Assembly: GCF_963921235.1 (NCBI RefSeq)
Contig: NC_086107.1
Coordinates: 96,596,001 to 96,660,000, forward strand
Length of the DNA: 64,000 nt
Source: Mobula hypostoma
Lineage: Eukaryota
Direction of reading: 5' to 3'
Below are positions 35,525 to 47,940 of this stretch, one piece after another. A model generated the notes under the pieces. It was not told where the DNA came from. It saw only the letters and a program-made list of their open reading frames with translations, and searched no databases. Position 1 is the stretch's first letter. The number at the start of each line of letters is the position of its first letter. The translations under genes were made by a program, and so were the position numbers.

Positions 35525-36560
35525 CTGTGATGAGGTTGGCCTTGGCTAGAATCAACTCTTGCCTCAGCAAGGTAGTGAGGCCCACTGTAATTTGCCTACC
35601 GCAGTTGCAATCTCACTGGCTCTCCTCACAGCCTTGGATCACCTGGACAACAGCAATACTTACCACAGGCTGCCGGTTATTGATTATAGCTCAGCATTCA
35701 ACACAATCATCCCCTCAGTTCTAATCACTGGGTCCAAAACCTGGTCCTCTGTGCCTCCCTCTGCAACTGGATCCTTGACTTCCTCACCGAGAGACCACAG
35801 CCTGTGCGAATCCAAAGTAGCATCTCCTCCTCGCTGAGAATAGAGACTTGCGCACGTTAAGAACATGTACTTAGCCCAATGCTCTACACTCTCTACACCC
35901 ACAACAGCGGACAGGCACAGCTCAAGTGCCATCTGTAAATCTGCTGGTGACACAACTATTGTTGGCAGAGTTTCAGACGGTGACGAGGTGACATACAAGA
36001 GTGAGGTAGATCAGCTGGTTGACCAGCGTCATGGCAACAACCTTGCAAAATGTCAGTAGGGCAAGGAATTGATTGTGGACTTCAGGAAGGGGAAGTAGGG
36101 GGAACACCAGCCTTTACTGAGGGATCAGCAATGGAAAATGTGAGCAGTTTCAAGTTCCTCAGTGATAATATCTCTGAAGGTCTATCCTGGGTAGAACAAA
36201 GAAGGCATGATGGCAGCTGTATTTTATTGGGAGTTTGAGGACATTTGGTATGACACCAAAGGCCCTTGCAAATTTCTACAGGCGTACCATGGAGAGCTTT
36301 CTATCTGCACAGGATCAGAAAAAGCTGCAGAAAGTTGTAAACCCAGCCAGCTCTATCATGGACGCTAACCTCCCTAGCTTCGAGGATATCTTCAATAGAC
36401 AATACCTCAAGAAGGCTGTTAAGGACCTCTGTCACCAGGACATGCCCTCTTCTCATTGCTAGCACCAGGGAGAAGATGCAGGAGCCTAAAGACACACAGT
36501 CGATGTTTCAGGAACAGGTTCTTCTCCTCCCACTCTCCCGCAAAGTATCGCTGCCGCAAA
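35525..36560 (+). mobile_element. Rex-Babar LINE RT and 3' fragments
   Basis: IDYSSAFNTII; CKSAGDTTIVG; ALANFYRRTMES; RRCRSLKTHSRCFRNRFF. Confidence 0.8.
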
Positions 36561-37282
36561 ACAACATATTTCACAACATACTGTATGCCAATGACATTAA
36601 ATGCAATTCTGATAGAAATTCTCAGAGACATAGGAATTACATGGAAAAGATTAGAATGACGATAAGAGAAGAGTGGATCTGCAGGGAGTTGTTTGCAATG
36701 AGTCACCACACTCCCACGGTCCTGGTGGGGACATTGGCCAGAGGTGTTCAATCAGCAACATAAGGAAGGGTGTACAAGCTTTGAGATAAAACCCAAGAGA
36801 GTGTACTGAATTGGTGTAAACCTGCAGGGAGTTTGGGCAGTGGGGAAGAAACCACAGTAGCATGCAGCAAAGGTGGTCACCAGAACCTACGTTGTGGTCA
36901 AAGACAGATCACCAGCCCCTGAACATTTGGGTGATAAGTTTGGGAAGGTGGGCAGGTGCCAGGGTGTGGGCAAGGACTGGCCTGGGGTGATCAGAAAATC
37001 ATTATGTGGTGAGTGGGCATCAGGAAGCCTGGCACTGTGGGAGAGAATCAAGTTGGCCTGGCATTGTGCTTTAGGATGATGTGAGAGTGGGAGGCAAGCA
37101 GCCATCTGCTGGGGATATAGGAAGACAGTGGGCAGGGCCTGGTGATGTAAATGAGGAGTTTGGGCAGAATCAGGTTTGTGGTGGCAAGACCAATTCTATC
37201 TTCGACACTCATGATTCGAACAAACTCAAAGCTATTCAAAAGCAAATAATTAATATTTTTTAAAATAAGAGACAATTAAGTA

Positions 37283-37793
37283 CAGTACTGTGAGAAGTCT
37301 TAGGCACATATATACGGCTAGGGTGCCTAAGACTTTTGCTCAGTACTGTATTCATCAATGTGGAGAGGAGAGCAAGTTTGTGTATTTGGCAGGGGCAAAG
37401 GATGTTGGGAATGGTGAGGGTGGAGCATTGTGGGACAGATGTGGGACAGTCGAGAAGGAGTGCCAGGGGCCGGTGGTCGGGGGAGGTGTCACAACCAGCC
37501 CTGAGACACCAGGCCAAGTCATTTGATTCCAAACAATCGTTCATTGATCATTACAGAATGTCTCCCTTCCCCTTTTCCCAACCATGAGTCCCCTCTCCCT
37601 GCCTCCTTCCCATTCTCAGTCCACAATAGAGACCCCCGTCAGAATCGGGTTTATCATCACTCACATATGTCATGAAATTAATTTTGATTTTGTCGCAGCA
37701 GTACAGTGCAATACATAAAATTACTACAGTACTGTGCAAAAATCTTAGGCATCCTTACTATATAGATGTGCCCAAGACCTTTGCACAGTGCTA
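37283..37793. mobile_element. Non-autonomous Tc1/mariner-type element with hairpin ends (copy 2)
   Basis: TA-flanked 66-67-bp hairpins at 37283-37348 and 37727-37793, inverted relative to each other; interior colinear with 5417-5939. Confidence 0.85.
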
Positions 37794-38459
37794 TAGATTT
37801 AAACTAACTCAATTTTAATACATGAATATTTGCTCAAACTTCCTGCACTACTATTTTTACCCATTGAAATCGTGGCCCGTTACACTTGGACCAGGTCAGT
37901 CTGGGAGATTCCCCAACGGAAGGGGCAGAAGACCTGGATGTCTGAACAGACATGCTGGCTTTGTGGAAGATATGGCCCAGGAACATGGCGATCCGATTTG
38001 TGGATCAAGGGAAGAGAATAAAAGTGAGCTATGAAGTGGTCGGGACTTGCTTGGGCTGTATGTTGGATGCTGTGGCTTGAGGTTGTGGTGAAGGCAGTGA
38101 AAAAGTTTCCAGAAGGTGAAGTCATCTTTCAGTTCCGTTGAAAGACCATTAACTATCTCACTCCTGACGTGTCCAGGCATGTGGCTGCAGTTTTTTTCTC
38201 TATTTTGCAATCAATGTTTGTCAATGCTTGCTGCTTTCACATAATAGCAAGTGCACTTTTAATTTTGAAAGCCTCATGGCATCATAATATTCTGTTCCTT
38301 GCTGCATCGCCATGGAAATGCTTTCATTACAAATTCTTACCGACAGATTACCCACTTTGAAGAAAGACTTCTGGTAAGTAAAATGGCCTGGCAAGAGGAG
38401 CTGGGTGGCAGATAAGGACGTATTTTATTTTTCTTCTGAGATACAGCACATGCCCTTCC

Positions 38460-38705
38460 ATTCATGGGACCAATTAACCTAACCTGGATGTCTTTGGATT
38501 GTGGGATGAAATGGCAGTGCCATGTGCTCACGGGGACAACGTTCAGACAGCAGCCGGAATTGAACCCGGGTCACTGGCACTGCACATCAAAGTTGCTAGT
38601 GAACGCAGCAGGCCAGGTAGCATCTCTAGGAAGAGGTACAGTCGACGTTTCGGGCTAAGACCCTTCGTCAGGACACTGTAATGGCGTTATGCTAGCCGCT
38701 GTTCT
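38460..38705 (-). mobile_element. V-SINE-like element interrupted by a solo PLE tail
   Basis: ggaattgaacccgggtcactggcactg | insert | cactgtaatggcgttatgctagcc. Confidence 0.8.
38583..38673 (-). mobile_element. 91-bp solo hammerhead-plus-tail insertion
   Basis: 5-bp TSD CACTG (38578-38582, 38674-38678); the minus strand reads GTC-CTGACGA-AGGGTCTTAGCCC-GAAAC-GTC-GACT with an intact core. Confidence 0.82.
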
Positions 38706-39297
38706 ACTGTGATTCTCCAAACTGCAAATGTATTAAGATGAGTAGGCGTCAGGAGTGGGATTCGAACCAATATCTCCTGTTGGAAGACCAGAACACCCAT
38801 GTTTCTACAAAAGGAATTTCATTCCTTGCTTCTGGCACCTTAGACTGCTTTGCCACCCTAACCGCCCATTCTGGGCATCTTCTTATTAAAAGACGTTCCT
38901 GTCAAATGTTTAATGCTATTACATCTTCCGTGGAAATTTGATATAATTGCTGTGTCTGAATATAAACAGAACTTGTACTGTAGGATTGTGTGTGTGAATG
39001 ATGCTAAAGTTGATGCGAGCAATAGGGGAAAAAGTCTGAGGAAAATGATTAATCTATGCTTGAAAGGGCATTGTTTTGTTAGGGTGAGATCCTGATTGGC
39101 TGTCTTCATTGAATTTTTATGAAGAGGAAATGCATTGATGAGGGCAGTGAGATGGATCTGCTATACTGGGAGTTCAGGAAGAATTTGACAAAGTTCCACA
39201 CTACTGACAGGTTCAAATAGTTAACACCCATGGGATCCAACACAAGTTGTCGAATTGTGTACAAAATTGACTTGGTGATTGACTTTGCACATGTTTG

Positions 39298-39695
39298 GGC
39301 GGGCGGGGGTGATGTTCTTGTTGTCTTTTGTGCGGAGGTTGATGTTTTTGCTGCTGTTTGCACAATTTGTTTTGTTTTGCGTGGGGGTTGATGTTCTTGC
39401 TGACGTTTGCACAATTTGTTTTGTTTTGCGTGGGGGTTGATATTCTTGCTGACGTTTGCACAATTTGTTTTGTTTTGCGTGGGGGTTGATATTCTTGCTG
39501 ACGTTTGCACAATTTGTTTTGTTTTGCGTGGGGGTTGATGTTCTTGCTGCTGTTTGCACTATTTGTTTTGTTTTGTGCGGAGGTTGATGTTTTTGCTGAC
39601 GTTTGCCCATTTTGTTTTTTTTTGCACAGGGGGTTGATGTTCTTGTTGCCCTTTGTGCGATTTTTTTGCGCGGAGGGGTTGATGTTCTTGTTGCC
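39298..39695. repeat. 49-bp minisatellite, about 8 units
   Basis: gggggttgatgttcttgctgacgtttgcacaatttgttttgttttgcgt; period checked at 39381, 39430, 39479 and 39528. Confidence 0.92.
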
Positions 39696-41446
39696 ATCTG
39701 ACGATAAGGCAATAAGATTTAGGAGCAGGATTAGACTATTTGGGCCCATTCAGTCTGCTCCAGCATTTCATCACGGCTGATCCAATTATCCTCTCAGCCC
39801 CAATCTCCTGCCTTCTCCCCAAATCCCTTCATGTCCTGACCAATCAAGAATCTATCTGCCTCTGCCTTAAGTATACATGATTTTTTTTTAACAGAGGTTG
39901 ATGTGCTTGATGCCATTTGTGCAATCTGATTTTTGCATGTTAGGGGAGGTTTGATGTTTCTTTTTGAATGGATTCCATGGTTCTCTTTGTTTTGTGGCTG
40001 TCGGTGGGAAGACAAATCTCAGGGTTGTATACAGCATACATACTTTGATAGTAAATGTACTTTGAATCTTTAGAAACAAAAGGTCATGGTAGAGGAGCAC
40101 ACACAAAATGCTGGAGGAACTCAGCAGGCCAGGCAGCATTTTGTGCGTGTTGCTCAGATTTCCAGCATCTGCAGATTCTCTCTTGTTGGTGATGGTAGAG
40201 GTTTGGTTTAGTGATTGGAAGCCTGTGACCAGTGGTGTGCACAGGGACCAGTGCTGGAAACCTTGCTGTTTTTAAGATGTAATTTAATCACCTGGATGCG
40301 AATTGTGGTGTCGTTGATACCAGAGCATGGTGTTAGGCCAGAGAATTATTGATCAGCAGCTCAGTAGGGCTAAGGCAGAGTTTAATTTGGAGGTTTAATT
40401 ACTCTTTGCTTCCTGAAGTGCCTCACCTCACACTTGAATGGCAGGGTGCTGGCGAGTGTTGAGGAAAGAGGCACTTGGTTTGCAAACTCAAAGATGCCCA
40501 AAGGAGCATTGCAGGTAGATAAGGTGGTGAAGAAGGTTTACATGATGCTTGCCTTCATTATCTGGGGCACATTATATAGGAATAAGGAGGGTGTGGTTAA
40601 ATTTTATAGAACATTAGTTATACCACAGATGGGGTACTGTGTATACTGTAGGAAGGATATGATTGGACTGGAGAGTTGCAAGGAAAGTTCACCAGGATGT
40701 TTCCTGGATGGAATGTTTGAGTTACGATGGGGGATTGGATGGGCTGGGTCTTGTTTGCCTTGTAGCGGGGAAGGCTGAGGATTGTCCTGGTAGAGGTATA
40801 CAAATTATGAGAGGCATTGGTAGGGTGCATGGTAGGAAGCCTTTACCCATAACAGAGGTGTCTAAAACTAGAGGCTGTGTTTAGACACTGGAGGCTGTGG
40901 TGGAACAAAGGACTCTACAGAAAATCCTGACAATTCTGGACAATGTTTCTCACCCTCTGCTTGCCACCTTGGCTGAACAGAGGAGCATTTTTAGTAATAG
41001 ATAACAGCACTGCTCCAAAGAGCGCTATATGAGGTCATTTTTACCCTTGGCCATTTGGCTCTATAATGAGTCAACCTATAGCTGGGGAAGTGATGACCTC
41101 CCCCTGTTAGACTGTTTGAGGTAACTTATTTTTTACTCTTTCTTACTTCTCTTCTAATATTTGTATACTGTATCTGTGCACTCGTGATGATACTATGACA
41201 CTGTAGATACCTGGGGATGAATAAAGTATCTACAGTAACTATTTATCTATCTTTAGGGTAAGAGCTTTAGTGGGGATATGATGCAGAGGGTGATTGGAAT
41301 CTGGAACACATTTCTTGAGTGGGTGGTGAAGGCGGATCCTCCCTCCAGGTTCTGCATCAGCTGCCTCAACGACCCCAGAACAGCTTCCTCCCTTCCACCG
41401 TCAGATCTATGAACTGTCCAGGGACACTATCTCATTATCCATTATT

Positions 41447-41918
41447 GTGCCAAGATGAGGCCGCCCTCACGGAGGAGGAGAAACACCTTATATTCCGTCT
41501 GGGTAGCCTACCACCTAATGGCATGAATATCAATTTCTCCTTCCTTTAAAAACATTTCTCCTCCCCCTCTCCTCTTCTTCTATTCCACTCTTGGCCTCTT
41601 GCCTTTTCTCACCTGTCTATCGCCTCCCCTGGGTCCCTCCTCTTTCTTTTTCTCCCATGGTCTACTCTCCTCTCCTATCAGATTCCTTCCTCTCCAGCCC
41701 TTGACCTTTCCCACCCACCTGGCTTCACCTATCACCTTCCAGCTATCCTCCTTCCCCTCCCCCCACCTGTTTATTCTGGCGTCTTCCCCCTTCCTTCTCG
41801 GTCCTGAAGAAGGGTCTCGGCCCGAAACGTTGACTGTTTGTTCTTTGCCTGACCTGCTGAGTTCCTCCAGCATTTAGTGTGTGTTGGATTTTCAGCATCA
41901 ATAGAATCTCTCGTGTTT
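41447..41918 (+). mobile_element. PLE 3' end (GIY-YIG tail, pyrimidine tract, terminal repeat)
   Basis: CQDEAALTEEEKHLIFRLGSLPPNGMNINFS, then the tail. Confidence 0.85.
41800..41835 (+). ncRNA. Minimal hammerhead ribozyme motif, intact core, GUU triplet
   Basis: GGTC-CTGAAGA-AGGGTCTCGGCCC-GAAAC-GTT|GACT. Confidence 0.7.
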
Positions 41919-42199
41919 CTCATTATCCCTTTTATTTTTGCACTATTTATTTATTTTATAGTTTATAGTAATTTAAGTCTTTGTAAAACGACAAACCTTC
42001 TCATGTAAGACAGTGATGGTAAAGCTGATTCTGATTCTGATTCATATAGTTTTTGTGCTTTGGAGCTTTGATCACAGCAAACTGTAAAGCCCACAGGATG
42101 CAAAACATGAGGAAACGTGAGAGTAACAAATAATTGATCATAAATGAGGACTTCAATTCCATCTGCCTTCTTACTTCTTTTTATTGAAGAAGCACCTAG

Positions 42200-42790
42200 A
42201 GTACAGGAACTTGTCTGTTATGTTGGCATTGTATAAGGCGTTGCTGAGGCCTAAGTTGGAGTATTGTGTGCAGTTTTAGTTGCCTACCGACAGGGAAGAT
42301 GGTCAATAAGGTTGAAAGAGTACAGAGAGTACATTTCCAAGGATGTTGGCAGGACTGGAGGACCTGAAAGATTGAATAGGTGAGGACTTCATTCCTTGGA
42401 ACATAGAAAAATGAGCAGAGATTTCATAGAAGTATACAAAATTATGTGGTATTGATAGAGTAAATGCAAGCAGGCTTTTCTACTGAGGCTGGATGGGGCT
42501 GCAACTAGAAGTCATGGGTTAAGGGTGAAAGGTGAAAAGTTTAAGGGGGTCATGAGGGGAAACGTCTTCACTCAGAGGGTCATGAGAGTGGAACAAGCTG
42601 CCAGCACAAATGGTGCACATGAGCTCAATTTCAACGTATAAGAGAGGTTTGGATAGGTATGTGAGTGATAGGAGTCGGGAGATCTCTGGTCCCGGTGTGG
42701 GTCGATGGGAGTAGGTGGTTTAAATGGTTTGGCATGGACTAGATGGGCCAAAGGGCCTGTTTCTGTGCTGTACTTTTCCGTGACTCTATT
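42200..42790 (+). mobile_element. Degenerate CR1 3' fragment
   Basis: ttgtataaggcgttgctgaggcc..ttggagtattgtgtgcag..aacgtcttcactcagaggg; CR1 tail. Confidence 0.8.
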
Positions 42791-43058
42791 ATCTAATGAT
42801 AAGCACCTGGATCAGCAAGGCATTGAATGCTACATCCCAAGTACTGGGGAAATGGAATTCATGTAGATAGATGGTTGATGTTAGCATAAACCTGATAGGC
42901 TGAAGTTCCTATTTCAATGCTGCATCACTCCTCGACTCCCCAGAACTGATTCTACATTGAATCATTGAGAAGAATGTTTAATTTTTGTCATAGATGTGTT
43001 GTCAGTGACTTATAAATGGATTCACCTTTGAAATATCAATTCATTTGCTTTGCCTTAG

Positions 43059-43120
43059 GGTGACCCGGCTGACGCTTGGGCTGTTTGGATCGGGAATATT
43101 GCTTTTGTGTTGCAGAGCAG
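43059..43120 (+). CDS. B7-family gene, signal-peptide exon (R VTRLTLGLFGSGILLLCCRA + G)
   Basis: Acceptor tttgctttgccttag|, donor CAG|GTAAAA; 62 nt, phase 2 to phase 1; hydrophobic core ending in RA; links the first coding exon to the IgV exon in frame. Not in the ORF track. Confidence 0.85.
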
Positions 43121-43694
43121 GTAAAAATGCATTTTCAGTTCTTCATAATGGTACACCAGATTGCCTCTATGCATGATTCTCCTATCGTGTACAGCACACC
43201 AATCTTTTCCGCACACCCGTTCCAGTACCAGAGTGTGGGACATGCACCTGGGCAGGATCTCGATCCCAGCCGAATTATCTCTCCCTTTCCTTGGAGTTTC
43301 AGAACTCCCTCAAAAGGGATCACTATGTGGGAACTGATCACTACAGGACGATGCTAATCTGCCCACGTTTTGAGCTGTCGTTACAGCAGGGCAGACAGAA
43401 CAAAGATCTCCCTAAGAACTCCCTAAGGGCACTTCGGGCCGAGTTTTTTTTTCTGGGATTATTTTGAGGCACCGAAAATGTTGTCTTTGGCCACTTTCTT
43501 GAATCAGAATGACTCAGTTCTCCAGGAGGCAGAACATATTACTTCACCCGTCTGCATGGCTCAGAGTTGGTGTATGTAGCCTAGTTACGCATGGAGGATG
43601 CAGCTGTTCAAGCGAACAACTGTTTGGACATCCTAAATTCTTTAATTATGAGCCTTTACTTTTTTTAAATTTCACCATCCAAACGTTAACATGA

Positions 43695-44197
43695 CAACAT
43701 CTGCAGATGCTAGAGATCCAAAGCGACCCGCACAAAATGCTGGAGGAACTCAGCAGGCCGGGCAGCATTCATGGGAAAGAGTAAACAGTCGATGTTTTGG
43801 GCCGAGACCCTTCATCAGGACTGGAAGAAGGAGAAGTACAAGGTTGTAGGTGACAGGTGAAGCTGGGAGAGGGGGAGAGGGTGAAAGAAGACAGAGTAAG
43901 AAGGTGGGGGGAGGGGAGGAAGAAGTACAAGGTGGTAGGTGACGAAGTGAAACCAAGAGCGGGGGAGGCGGTGAAGTAAAGAGCTGGGAAGTTGATTGGT
44001 GAATGAGATAAAGGTCTGGAGAAGGGGGAATCTGACAGGAGAGGGTACAGCACTATGGAAGAAAGGGAAGAGGGAGAAGCACCAGAGGGAGGTGTTGGGC
44101 AGGTAGGCAGGTAAGGTGAGAGAGGGAAGTGGGAGCAGGAGATGGTGAAGGAGAGAGGGTCGCAACTACTGGAAGTTCGAGAAATCGATGTTCAAAC
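43695..44197 (-). mobile_element. PLE 3' end, minus
   Basis: MNIDFSNF end, purine-rich tract on plus; hammerhead 43787-43822 with GAAA changed to AAAA. Confidence 0.85.
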
Positions 44198-44460
44198 GTT
44201 ATTGTCTCCTGAAAGAGGCAACCATGTAAAAAGTATCCATAGAGCTCAGAGATCCTTTCCAGCTCTACCCCAGGTTATATCCTGCTTCCCATCCTATTAA
44301 CCAGCTGTCTATCTGTCCTTGTGGACTGTGCTCAATGGCTGAAGATTATTTGGAAGCTGTTTTCTGTGGGAGAATGTCCTATTTATTAGTATTTGCTCCA
44401 CAGATCAGGTGACATAAGGATGTTCACCAGAATCTGGAAAGGAAAAGAGCTTACCAGGTC

Positions 44461-44993
44461 TTTTACCAAACATTTTAATTCTGATTCCCATTCCCGTTCC
44501 GACATGTCGGTCCATGACCTCCTCTTGTGTCACGATGAGGCCACCTTCAGGAGCAGTAGCACCTTGTATTCCATCTAGGTAGCCTCCAACCTGATGGCAT
44601 GAATATCAATTTCTCCTTCCGTCAAAAAAAAAGTTACTCTCTCCCTCCCTCCTATCTTCTTCTATTCTGCACTCTGGCCTTTTACCTCTTCTTACCTGCC
44701 TATCATCCTCCTCTGGGTCCCTTCTTCCTTCCCTTTCTCCCATGATCCACTCTCCTCTCCTATCAGATTCCTTCCTCTCCAGCCCTTTACCTTTTCCACC
44801 CACCTGGCTTCACCTATCACCTTTAAGCTATCCTCCTTCCCCTCCCCTCTCCCCTACCTTTTTATTCTGGCCTCTTCCCCCTTGATTTCCAGTCCTGAAG
44901 AAGGATCTCAACCCGAAACATCAACTGTTCATTCACTTCCATAGATGCTGCCTGACCTGCTGAGTTCCTCCAGCATGTTGTGTGTGTTGCTTT
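44461..44993 (+). mobile_element. PLE 3' end, plus
   Basis: HFNSDSHSRSDMSVHDLLLCHDEATFR; hammerhead 44891-44926 with an intact core but mismatched stems I and III. Confidence 0.85.
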
Positions 44994-45224
44994 CTGGTTT
45001 GCAGAAAACATTAAGCCACTTTCATCAAACCCTGCAATGGTATGCACTTCCTGTTAGGCAGATACTTGGGGTGAGGGTGATTTGCTCACAGTAGGATTCT
45101 CCAAGTTCCTATGTGGCCGAGGAGCTTGCAGGCCACTTGTCTTTCGTAGCTGGTGGGGCAGGTTGTACTTGATAGGGAGGGAGGGTGAGTCGCTAAGGAT
45201 GTTCTGTCCTTGCGGCTCTGTGGG

Positions 45225-45449
45225 GCAGTGGTCTGGGTTCAATTCCCGCCTCTGCCTGTAAGGAGTTTGCACGTTCTCCCCGTGACCGCGCGGGTTTCCT
45301 CCGGGTGCTCCGGTTTCCTCCCACAGTCCAAAGACGTACCCGTTGGTAGGTTAATTAGGCATTGTAATTTGTCCTGTGATTAGGCTAGGGTTAAATCGGG
45401 GGATTACTGGGCAGCTCAAAGATCTGGAAGGGCTTATTCGTGCTGTATC

Positions 45450-45480
<31 letters not shown>
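45225..45480 (+). mobile_element. V-SINE-like element with (TCAA)n tail
   Basis: GGGTTCAATTCC B-box, conserved core, (TCAA)6 tail at about 45451-45477. Confidence 0.85.
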
Positions 45481-45481
<1 letters not shown>

Positions 45482-47049
45482 CTTCTATAAATTCTCAGTC
45501 TAGAGACACAAGTTACTCAGTGCCTTTCCTGATGCTTTTTCTACACTTTAGGTGACTGTATGCCGGGCTTTCCTGTGAAGAAGTCACATATTTTCACTGA
45601 GATACTGTGAAGGCCATGAAGTTTGCCTTGAATGCTTTAGAGTTGGCAGAACTTGGAGTAGAGTGCTTGCTTCAAGAGGCATGCAGACAGCATGAGAACC
45701 ACCAAGAGCTGGTTCAGTCATAGGAATGACAGAAAATGACAGTACAGAGGAAATGAGCCCTTTGGCCCATCATGCTATGCATTCTCATCTACACCAATCC
45801 CGTCTGCCTGCATTAGGTCTGAATACATCTGTGTCTTTTTCTATTCAGATGCCTGTCAAAAATTCAGGTTGCTTCTGATTCCAGCATCTCTTCTAAGCAG
45901 CACATTTCAGAAGTAAAACGAAACTTTCCCCTCTCATCTTACACCATAATCTCTTGATTTTGGTATTAACCACTACCTTAGAAGAGAGATTCTGATTGTC
46001 TATGTCTTTCATAACTATATATAATTCTATCAGCTCACCCCGCAGCTCCCTTCATTCCTGGAGAAACAAGCTCAGGCTATTCAATCTCTCCCCACAAGTA
46101 AACTCCTACAATCTAGGCAACATTCTGGTGAATCCCATCCCCACTCTCTCCAGCATTTTGTCTTGTGTAGTGACCAGAACTGCACACAATGCTAGTAGTG
46201 CAGTCGAATCAGTGTTTTTGAAAGTTACAAAACACTGTCCCAACTCTTGTAGCCTACACGATTTTCACCACCCTATCTACCTGTGTTGCCACTTTCCAGA
46301 AACTTTGGACTTGGACCCCAAGGTCATAAGCATTCTATAGTGCCCTAGCACCTTACCACTTACTGTGTATACGCTGCCCAAAATGACTTCTCAAAATGTA
46401 TGATAATGTGCTTGTTGGTCTTCATTTCCATCCGCCACTGCTCCATCTAATCTCCATCCTTCTGTAGCCTTGGATAACCTCCTTTACCAATTGTTTTGTC
46501 ATCCACAAAATTGCCAGTCATACCTCACATCCGAGTTGTTATTGCATAATCACAAACAACAAAAGTCCCAGCACTGATCTCTGTAGTTTACCACTAGTCA
46601 CAGACTTCCAGTCAAAAGTGTATCCTTCCGCAACAGTCCTCTGCCTCCTATCATCAAACCAATTTTGGATCCAGTTAGTTAATCCATTTTGACCTTAATC
46701 TTTTGGACCAGCCAAGATGTGGGATCTTGTCAAATGCTTTACTGAAGTTCATATGGGCAACATCTACTGCTTTCCTCCTGAAAATAATCAAATTAGTGAT
46801 GCACAAAGCCATGCTGACTCTCTCTGAGTAGCCCCTGCCTTTTCAAATGTACATAATTCCTATTCCTTAGAATTCTCTCCAACAAATTCTCCACCACTGA
46901 TGTAAAGCTAATCAACCTGGTTTATCTCTGCTGTCTTTCCTAAATAAAGGAGCAACATTTCTGTCCTCCAATCTCCGGTGGCTAATGAAGAAGTGGACAC
47001 CTCCGTCATGTTCTCAGCTATCTCCTTCCTAGATCATCCTTGGATAGAT

Positions 47050-47700
47050 TTCATCTTAGCCCTGGGGAGGCCAACCCTTAAGCATGAGTGTGCCACATTT
47101 CTGGGCGTATTGTCCTGGGAGAGGATGTTTGCTTATTGGTCCATGCATTCTGTAAAGGGATTTTTAGGGATCTTGCAGTGGCAACATTCGTCCATCTTCA
47201 ATGCTTTGAAGTTCCTCTTCCATGTTATCTGCATTTCTGCAGTGTGTATGAGGGCAGTGTCCACTGCTGGCCAGTAGACCAGGTTTTTCCTCAGCTGGCT
47301 GAAGACTATGCAAGCAAACAGTGGGAAATAGTGAATTTTGTCATTGATGTCTGCCTAGAAGTGGCTCCTGAGAAATGGAAAATGATTCAAATTTTTAGGG
47401 TGCAGTTAAGGTTCTTGATTGTTGGTGTGATGTGTGGGAGAGAGGGTTAGTAGAAGATCTGGGTCTTTTAGGTTTCTGTGTTAGGCTGATTCTCTCTTAT
47501 ACCTGAGTGGAGTCATCAGCAATGGCTTGGATCTTGGCCTCTGAATGCGCAAATACACAAATATGTTTTTCACACTCTAACTCGTTGAGAAGTGTTAAGG
47601 TGATCTTGGTTCTGGAGTAAAGATGATGAAGGTTGAACATTTTCTCATTCCCTCTGAGTCAGCACCTCTCTAGCTGAAGGTTGTAAGGATTGCGATACAG
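47050..47700 (-). mobile_element. RTE-clade LINE remnant
   Basis: The minus strand gives a degenerate DHFPFL.S..ADIND.IH..KNLVY.AV..ALI..W...KAL..C..KI, the RTE post-RT region. Confidence 0.6.
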
Positions 47701-47756
47701 CATTACAGCAAGAGGAGGTTTCGTTCTTGACCCCAATCTGTACTGGAATTGGAGCA

Positions 47757-47880
47757 ACACGCACAAAATGCTGGAGAAACTCAGCAAGTCAGGCAGCATC
47801 TATGAAGAGGAACCTTGGCTTGAAGTATCAAATGTTTACTCCCCTCTATAGATGCTGCCTGACTTGCTGAGTTTCTCTGT
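47757..47880. mobile_element. PLE tail fold-back with a perfect 30-bp inverted repeat
   Basis: 47774-47803 is the exact reverse complement of 47848-47877. Confidence 0.85.
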
Positions 47881-47940
47881 AATTTGAACAGTTGTGTAAG
47901 ATCACAGTTTGCATGCCTTAGCGTCACAGATGCAGAATGG

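Noticed and set aside
39106-39780. Several 130-180-aa ORFs
   Set aside because: They are stop-free frames across the 49-bp minisatellite.
40095-40190. PLE fold-back as further support for ribozyme-anchored junctions
   Set aside because: The junction is at a CAGCAT microhomology well away from the hammerhead; recorded as a counter-example or a later deletion.
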